Shown here: piece by piece, positions 26,711-32,000 of the stretch | Layout: each line of letters opens with the position of its first letter | How positions within the stretch are numbered: the stretch's first letter is position 1 | From: Coprobacillaceae bacterium | GTDB taxonomy: Bacteria > Bacillota_I > Bacilli_A > Erysipelotrichales > Coprobacillaceae | Direction of reading: 5' to 3' | Length of the DNA stretch: 32,000 nt | Assembly (NCBI GenBank): GCA_963675915.1 | Contig: OY780959.1 | Coordinates: 900,001-932,000, forward strand | The notes under the pieces: generated by a model | What the model saw: the letters and a program-made list of their open reading frames with translations, nothing else | Databases searched by the model: none | Told to the model about the DNA's origin: nothing | Program-made: the position numbers and the translations under genes

Positions 26711-27208
26711 ATGAAAAAAGAAAACTTATTTGCAATCCTGCCCCAACTGATTTTTTTGATGATCGGCTTGTTTTTTGTCGGTTATGTGGCAATCTTCATT
26801 GTCATGCTGTTTGGCGGAATCAGTCTGGGAATCTTCAACTATCTTCCATTTACTAGGCATAACTATTCAATGAGCATCTTTATAGCCTCGGTCTTGCTCG
26901 ACCTGGTGATCATGACACTGATCTGCTTTCCCCTTTTCAAATCCAAAGTCTCCGACCTGATCAAATCAATCATGCTGGCCTTTGTGCTGATTTACTTCTA
27001 TTTTACTTTGATCGGCCCGGTGGCATCGATGTTGGCCAACCGCTGGATGATGGCAATTGGCGGTTCCCTTACCCTGCTGGGGATTATGGTCGGCTTGATT
27101 GCTTATTTCAACTACAAATCAATGAGCTGGCATTATTACGCTGCCTCAGTTGCGATTCTAGTGGTTGCCATTACCAGTATCGTTTCCCGTTCTGGAGTGT
27201 TGTATTAA
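26711..27208 (+). CDS. Hypothetical 5-TM membrane protein, paralog 4 of 4 (divergent)
   Basis: I placed the start at ATG 26711, 6 nt after AAGGTG; the track starts at GTG 26702. It keeps FGGISL, LLDLVI, LFKSKVSDLIKSIML..LIYF and WHYY. Confidence 0.75.
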   Translation: MKKENLFAILPQLIFLMIGLFFVGYVAIFIVMLFGGISLGIFNYLPFTRHNYSMSIFIASVLLDLVIMTLICFPLFKSKVSDLIKSIMLAFVLIYFYFTLIGPVASMLANRWMMAIGGSLTLLGIMVGLIAYFNYKSMSWHYYAASVAILVVAITSIVSRSGVLY

Positions 27209-27236
27209 AAAAATTGACCCGAGGGTCAATTTTTAT
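27207..27236. terminator. Bidirectional rho-independent terminator between the paralog array (+) and mnmA (-)
   Basis: The sequence is AAAAAAA-TTGACCC-gag-GGGTCAA-TTTTTATTT, with A- and T-tracts on both sides. Confidence 0.7.
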
Positions 27237-27291
27237 TTATGTCCGCTTTCAAGATAATCCAAACTCAACCAATCTTGAAATTCCAGTTGAC

Positions 27292-28365
27292 CTAACTGAT
27301 TATTGTTCCACCCCCGACAACAATCTCACCATCATAAAATACGATGGCCTGGCCCTTGGTGATAGCTTTTTGGGGCTCGTCAAAGACCACTTTCACTCGG
27401 TCGGGACCATCATTTTCAATGGTCGCCCACTGTTCTTGATGATTATAGCGGATTTTGGCTTTCAGACGCAGCGGTTGGGTGATTTTGTCTATCGAGATCA
27501 GATTGATTCGATTGTCGCAACTGACATTCAAACCTTTAATGTCAGTTGCGACAATCTAGTTTTTATCAGGAAGGATTTTGGCGACGAACTTCTTTTCATT
27601 GCCTGTGAGATTCAATCCTTTGCGTTGTCCGATGGTGTAGTGAATGATTCCCTTATGGGTTCCAATCACGGTGCCGTTTTCATCAATGATCTCGCCACCA
27701 GGGTATTTTTCATTGGTGTATTCCTCGATGAATTTGGCATAATTTCCGTCTTGAACAAAGCAAATATCCTGACTTTCCTCTTTTGAGGCATTGATCAGAT
27801 TATTTTACTCAGCGATTTTACGGGTCATTTCCTTGGTCATCTCGCCCAGCGGGAAAATGGTATGGGCGAGTTGTTCTTGGGTCATTGCATACAAAACATA
27901 ACTTTGATCCTTGGACTGGTCCCGGGATTTTTTCAGTTCATAGCGGCCGGTCGCTTGATTGTATTCGTTCTTGGCGTAGTGGCCGGTAACTACAAAGTTG
28001 CAGTCAAGTTCCCGGGCCCGGTGGTACAATTGATCGAATTTGAAAAACCGATTGCAGTTGATACAGGGATTTGGGGTGATCCCTTGCCGGTAACTGTCGA
28101 CAAAATCCTTGATCACCACTTCATTGAAGCGGTCGGAAAAATCAAACACATAATAAGGGATGTTCAGAGCGAAGGCTACGTTGCGGGCATCTTCGATATC
28201 TTCAAGCGAACAACAGGAATGGGCTTTGGGGATACACACATTCTCATTGTGAAACAGCTTCATGGTTACTCCGGTGCAGTTGATATTCTGATTTTTTATA
28301 AGCAAAGCAGCAACGCTCGAGTCCACGCCGCCGCTCATTGCAATCAAGGCACTGTTTTGTCCCAT
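27292..28365 (-). pseudogene. mnmA: tRNA-specific 2-thiouridylase MnmA interrupted by two in-frame nonsense codons (TAA at 27807-27805 and TAG at 27558-27556), with no frameshift
   Basis: My hand translation of the minus strand stays in one frame: MGQNSALIAMSGGVDSSVAALL (PP-loop) ...TRKIAE-TAA-NNLINASKEESQDICFVQDGNYAKFIEE...HKGIIHYTIGQRKGLNL...ILPDKN-TAG-IVATDIKGLNVSCDN...KAKIRYNHQEQWATIEN...GQAIVFYDGEIVVGGGTIIS. The track splits this into ORFs 27805-28365 and 27292-27531, and the difference 27807-27531 is a multiple of 3. Confidence 0.85.
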
Positions 28366-28376
28366 TATCTCACCTC

Positions 28377-29561
28377 CTATAAGTCTTCAAATGCAATTTT
28401 TAATTGTTCCAGCGATCTTGCCAATAATGATCTCGAACAGGCGATATTGATCCGCTGGAAAGAAGCCCCAGCCCCTCCAAACATCAAGCCATCATCAAGC
28501 CAGAGTTTCGCCTCTTGTTCAATGATTTCGCTAATCTGATGGGGCTCCAATTTGTAAGAACCAAAATCAAGCCAAACGAGATACGTCCCTTCCAGCGGAG
28601 TCACTTTGATTCGGGGGATGTTTTCGCCAATGAATTTTAATAGATAAAGATAGTTATCATAAATATATTGATTGACCTGATCGAGCCAGACTTGGCCTTT
28701 TTCATAGGCTACCTGGCAGGCAACAAGACCGGGCAGACTCAGTTGGGAATAACCATTGGCGCTTATCTTGCGGGTGAATTTTTTTCTTAAAGCTTTGTTT
28801 TCAATAAAGATATTGGAAACCTGCAACCCGGCAATATTGAAACTTTTACTAGGTGAGGTACAAATAATCGCATTGGTCCCGAATTCAGGTTTCAAGGTTG
28901 AAAAAACATAATGACGACCTGTATGGACAAAATCGCTATGAATCTCATCAGCAATCACCAGGACATTGTGCTTCAAACAGATTTCACCGATTCTGATCAG
29001 CTCTTCTTTACTCCAGACTCTCCCGATTGGGTTATGGGGTGAACAAAGAATCATCATCTTGACTTGATTGGTGGCAATCTTGTTTTCCAAATCGGCAAAA
29101 TCAATCTGATAGCGCCCCTGCCAATCACGGATCAACTCGGTGGCGACCAGCTTGCGGCCATTATCTTCGACCACTTCAAAAAATGGATAATAAACCGGCT
29201 GTTGAATCAAAACCGCATCGACTTTTTTGGTAAACGCCTGGACCGCTGCTGCCAGCGCAAAAACAATTCCCGGAGTCTTGACCAGCCATTCGGACTCAAC
29301 CTGGTAATCATGCCGGATTTGCATCCAGTTTTGCACCGCTGCAAAGTAACCGGCGTCACTTTCGCTGTAGCCAAAGATGCCCTGGTGATTGATTTGATCA
29401 AGAGCCTCAACTATATAAGAAGAAACCTTGAAATCCATATCGGCAACCCACAACGGGATCAGATCAGCTGGCTTGTTGCGCTGATCGTGGAAATCATATT
29501 TGAGACTTTTGGTGTTGGTCCGATCGATTACCAGATCGAAATTCAGGTTCTTTTCACTCAT
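28377..29561 (-). CDS. patB: PatB/MalY-type PLP-dependent C-S lyase (class I/II aminotransferase fold, cystathionine beta-lyase activity family)
   Basis: The protein has MSEKNLNFDLVIDRTNTKSLKYD..., LIPLWVADMDF, ILCSPHNPIGRVW and SPSKSFNIAGL (PLP Lys). The start ATG 29561 lies 6 nt after AGGAGG, immediately after the upstream TAG stop. Confidence 0.88.
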   Translation of the reverse strand: MSEKNLNFDLVIDRTNTKSLKYDFHDQRNKPADLIPLWVADMDFKVSSYIVEALDQINHQGIFGYSESDAGYFAAVQNWMQIRHDYQVESEWLVKTPGIVFALAAAVQAFTKKVDAVLIQQPVYYPFFEVVEDNGRKLVATELIRDWQGRYQIDFADLENKIATNQVKMMILCSPHNPIGRVWSKEELIRIGEICLKHNVLVIADEIHSDFVHTGRHYVFSTLKPEFGTNAIICTSPSKSFNIAGLQVSNIFIENKALRKKFTRKISANGYSQLSLPGLVACQVAYEKGQVWLDQVNQYIYDNYLYLLKFIGENIPRIKVTPLEGTYLVWLDFGSYKLEPHQISEIIEQEAKLWLDDGLMFGGAGASFQRINIACSRSLLARSLEQLKIAFEDL

Positions 29562-29571
29562 GGTTTTCCTC

Positions 29572-30714
29572 CTAATCCAAGACCCGGTCAAAATCTGCAA
29601 TCAAATCCTTAACCGCTTCGATTCCAACTGAAAGCCGCAATAACTTTTTAGTGATTCCATTGGCCTCGAGAATGGCTTCAGGTACGTCGGCATGGGTTTG
29701 AGTCACGGGATAGGTGATCAGCGTTTCCACTCCCCCCAGACTCTCGGCGTACTGGATCAGTTGGAGATTTTCCAACACCTTGGCCACCGTCTCGAACGAA
29801 TCAAGTTCGAAACTGATCATTGCTCCGATTCCCCGAGCCTGCTTTTTGATAATCTGATAACCCGGATGGGATTCCAGACCCGGATAGATTACTTTTTTCA
29901 CTTGTTTTTTGGTTAAAAGATACTGGGCGAGTTCAATGGCATTGGCCTGGGCTTTTTCCATTCTCAATGCCAGAGTTTTAATGCCCCGCAAGATCAGCCA
30001 GGCATCAAAAGGAGCCAAAATCCCACCAGTGGTTTTAGCCAGGAATTGGATTCGGGTCAGAATTTCTTCATCTTTGGCCACGGCAAATCCGGCCAAAGTG
30101 TCATTGTGACCACCTAAGTATTTTGTTCCGCTATGAATGATGATATCGACCCCATAATCAAAAGGATTCTGGAAGTATGGTGATAGGAAGGTGTTGTCGA
30201 CAATCACCAGTAGATTGTGTTGTTTGGCAATTGCAGTTACCGCCGCGATATCGATGACATTCATCATCGGATTGGTCGGGGTTTCAAAATAAACCGCCTT
30301 GGTATTGGGGGTGATCAGCTCCTCGAACGAATCCTGGGCCAGATTGACCCGGGAGATTTCTATTCCATTTTTGGTTGCAACATGGTCAAGTAACCGAACA
30401 CTGCCGCCATACAGGTCAGCGTCCACGATAAGATGATCGCCGGGATAAAACAGTTCAAAAACAGTCGCAATTGCCGCCATTCCGCTGCTAAAAGCCAACG
30501 CACCCGCACCGTTTTCCAGCTCGGCTACGACTTTTTCCACTTGTTCCCGGGTTGGATTTTGCAGGCGGCTATAATCATAGCCGCTGCTTTTATTCAATCC
30601 AAGATGGCCAAAGGTTGCACTCTGGTAAATCGGGAAACTGATCGCCCGGGTTTTATCACTTTCGTTTTCATGGGTGTCCAGATGAAGACACTTTGTTTCG
30701 ATGTCGTATTTCAT
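29572..30714 (-). CDS. Cys/Met-metabolism PLP-dependent enzyme (cystathionine gamma-lyase/beta-lyase, MccB/MetC family)
   Basis: This 380-aa ORF contains YSRLQNPTREQVE, ALAFSSGMAAI, IVDNTFLSPYFQNP and IIHSGTKYLGGHNDTLAG (PLP Lys). Confidence 0.9.
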   Translation of the reverse strand: MKYDIETKCLHLDTHENESDKTRAISFPIYQSATFGHLGLNKSSGYDYSRLQNPTREQVEKVVAELENGAGALAFSSGMAAIATVFELFYPGDHLIVDADLYGGSVRLLDHVATKNGIEISRVNLAQDSFEELITPNTKAVYFETPTNPMMNVIDIAAVTAIAKQHNLLVIVDNTFLSPYFQNPFDYGVDIIIHSGTKYLGGHNDTLAGFAVAKDEEILTRIQFLAKTTGGILAPFDAWLILRGIKTLALRMEKAQANAIELAQYLLTKKQVKKVIYPGLESHPGYQIIKKQARGIGAMISFELDSFETVAKVLENLQLIQYAESLGGVETLITYPVTQTHADVPEAILEANGITKKLLRLSVGIEAVKDLIADFDRVLD

Positions 30715-30734
30715 AATTTTCCTGGCTATTGAAG

Positions 30735-31670
30735 TTAATCCTGGAATAATGGAGTTGAGAGATATCGGTCTCCATTATCAGGAAGAAGTGCTACAATAGT
30801 TTTTCCTTTATTTTCTGCTCTTTTTGCTACAATAGTCACTGCTTTAAGGGCTGCTCCTGAAGATATTCCCACCAGGACCCCTTCCTTGCGTCCGAATAGT
30901 CGGCCGTATTTGAATGCATCATCATTTTCAACCGTGATGATTTCATCATAAATCTTGGTATCCAAAGTGTTGGGAACGAATCCTGCTCCTATCCCTTGGA
31001 TTTTATGAGGACCCGGTTTTCCTTCAGTCAAGACCGGACTTCCCACCGGTTCGATTCCGATGATCTTGATGTTCGGATTTTTTTGCTTCAGGTATTCTCC
31101 CACCCCACTGATGGTTCCTCCGGTCCCGATTCCGGCGATGAAAATATCAACTTTCCCGTCAGTCTGTTCCCAAATTTCCGGACCTGTTGTTTTGGTGTGG
31201 ATCAACGGGTTGGCCGGGTTGTCAAACTGACCTAGAATAATCGAATTGTCGATTTCCTGATTCAGTTCAGCCGCCTTGTTGATGGCCCCTTTCATTCCTA
31301 AGGCTCCATCGGTCAAAACCAACTTTGCCCCATAGGCTTTCAAAAAGCTTCTTCTTTCAATACTCATTGTATCCGGCAAAGTCAGGATCGTCTTATATCC
31401 AAAGGCTGCGGCTACTGCAGCAATCCCGATTCCGGTATTTCCACTGGTTGGTTCAATAATTGTCGTATCATCATTCAATAATCCTTTTTGTCTGGCATCA
31501 TCAATCATTGCAAAGGCAATTCGGTCTTTGACCGATCCCGACAAGCTATATCCTTCCAATTTCGCAAATACGTTTACATCTTCAATTCCTTCACTTTTAG
31601 CAAAGCGACTGATTTTCAATAATGGGGTTTTCCCAATCAGTTCAATTGCACTTTCTACTACTTTACTCAT
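30735..31670 (-). CDS. cysK: Cysteine synthase A / O-acetylserine-dependent cystathionine beta-synthase (CysK/MccA family)
   Basis: The protein has [27 protein letters not shown] (PLP Lys), [12 protein letters not shown] and [12 protein letters not shown]. It could equally be the MccA paralog, given the downstream MccB-like gene. Confidence 0.92.
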   Translation of the reverse strand: MSKVVESAIELIGKTPLLKISRFAKSEGIEDVNVFAKLEGYSLSGSVKDRIAFAMIDDARQKGLLNDDTTIIEPTSGNTGIGIAAVAAAFGYKTILTLPDTMSIERRSFLKAYGAKLVLTDGALGMKGAINKAAELNQEIDNSIILGQFDNPANPLIHTKTTGPEIWEQTDGKVDIFIAGIGTGGTISGVGEYLKQKNPNIKIIGIEPVGSPVLTEGKPGPHKIQGIGAGFVPNTLDTKIYDEIITVENDDAFKYGRLFGRKEGVLVGISSGAALKAVTIVAKRAENKGKTIVALLPDNGDRYLSTPLFQD

Positions 31671-31788
31671 TTTCTATTCCTCCGTTTACTTGTTTTTTCT
31701 TTCATGGTTATTTATTTTTGATTGCAGTTAATTGCTACAACACATCATCTTCATTTTTACTGCCATTCCAGGATCGCCCCTTTCATTC

Positions 31789-31814
31789 CATACTAATTCA
31801 GTAGGTTTAGTATG
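31789..31814. promoter_or_regulatory. Perfect 8-bp inverted repeat at the predicted transcription start of the cysK-like operon
   Basis: On the minus strand CATACTAA, a 10-nt gap and TTAGTATG begin a few nt after the putative -10. Confidence 0.4.
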
Positions 31815-31819
31815 ATTAC

Positions 31820-31848
31820 ACTGTACACCCTCTTTTCCCATTCGTCAA
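31820..31848 (-). promoter_or_regulatory. Putative promoter of the cysK-like operon (TTGACG, 17-nt spacer, TACAGT)
   Basis: The minus strand reads ttgacg-aatgggaaaagagggtg-tacagt. Confidence 0.4.
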
Positions 31849-31911
31849 TAATGATGATAATATTTTAATATCCGGATTTTGGATATCTGGTTATCGGCTG
31901 GTCTGATAACC

Positions 31912-31943
31912 AAAAAAAGAACATGAGTCCCTTTCATGTTCTT
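31912..31943 (-). terminator. Rho-independent terminator after the iscS/nifS-like gene
   Basis: On the minus strand AAGAACATG, a 9-nt loop and CATGTTCTT are followed by TTTTTT. It overlaps the TGA stop. Confidence 0.65.
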
Positions 31944-32000
31944 GATCTTAATTTTGTGATTATCCCTTTTAGCACTTCAACTGCATAATCGAGCTCTTCA
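31934..32000 (-). CDS. C-terminal end of a probable cysteine desulfurase (IscS/NifS/YrvO-like); the remainder lies outside the window
   Basis: The last 21 codons read EELDYAVEVLKGIITKLRSRT-stop. This resembles the EE(I/L)DY..E.L..I...LR tail of class V aminotransferase desulfurases. In B. subtilis yrvO sits next to mnmA. The fragment is very short, so the call is tentative. Confidence 0.45.
   Translation of the reverse strand, partial: EELDYAVEVLKGIITKLRSRT

Noticed and set aside
27556-27807. Stop-codon reassignment as an explanation for the in-frame TAA and TAG in mnmA.
   Set aside because: TAA and TAG both terminate well-supported full-length genes in this window. For example, TAA ends alaS and the fourth membrane paralog, and TAG ends the MccB-like gene and mnmA itself. 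All other genes translate normally with the standard code.
27214-28539. Plus-strand ORFs of 190 aa (27214-27786) and 225 aa (27862-28539).
   Set aside because: Both are antisense to the mnmA reading frame, whose translation carries unmistakable MnmA motifs. Neither has an RBS or family resemblance. The 190-aa ORF exists only because the mnmA frame opposite it is open.
31789-31816. A specific CymR-box match in the cysK-like leader.
   Set aside because: Aligned against the consensus as I remember it, only the TAA...GGAAT ends fit and the central positions do not. I cannot verify the consensus without a reference, so I report only the inverted repeat itself.
1-32000. A search for tRNA, rRNA, CRISPR arrays, transposases, integrases, or toxin-antitoxin and defense-system genes.
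   Set aside because: I saw no cloverleaf-like T-arm consensus (GGTTCGAATCC type), no regularly spaced repeats, and no ORF with transposase, integrase or defense-associated motifs. The only RT belongs to the group II intron, and the RecD2 helicase sits in its conserved housekeeping context.

Overview
This is a Bacillota (Firmicutes)-type chromosomal segment of about 40% GC that uses the standard genetic code. Most genes lie on the minus strand. The backbone follows the Bacillus subtilis 'yrr' region order: pnp, greA, yrrO/yrrN/trmR, mltG, yrzB, ruvX, yrzL (ireB), alaS with an Ala T-box leader, recD2, mnmA, and the end of an iscS/nifS-like gene. Accessory material interrupts this backbone in five places. 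(1) An apparently complete group II intron (3631-5670) with an RT/maturase ORF sits in an intergenic region. (2) A lactonase-like gene, an AKR-4Fe4S gene and a small membrane gene lie between mltG and yrzB; the small gene and its long leader are bracketed by an imperfect direct repeat of about 57 nt. (3) A block of Ldh_2, ROK, PhzF, pseudouridine synthase and Nudix genes lies between recD2 and mnmA. (4) Four tandem, divergent paralogs of an unrecognised ~165-aa five-TM membrane protein (24995-27208) follow an unusual long-range helix with a U-tract. (5) A CysK/MccA, MccB-like, PatB-like sulfur amino-acid module lies between mnmA and the iscS-like gene. mnmA is otherwise intact but carries two in-frame nonsense codons (TAA and TAG). 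I recognised no rRNA, tRNA or CRISPR array. All calls come from reading the sequence and ORF translations by eye; no database search was run.
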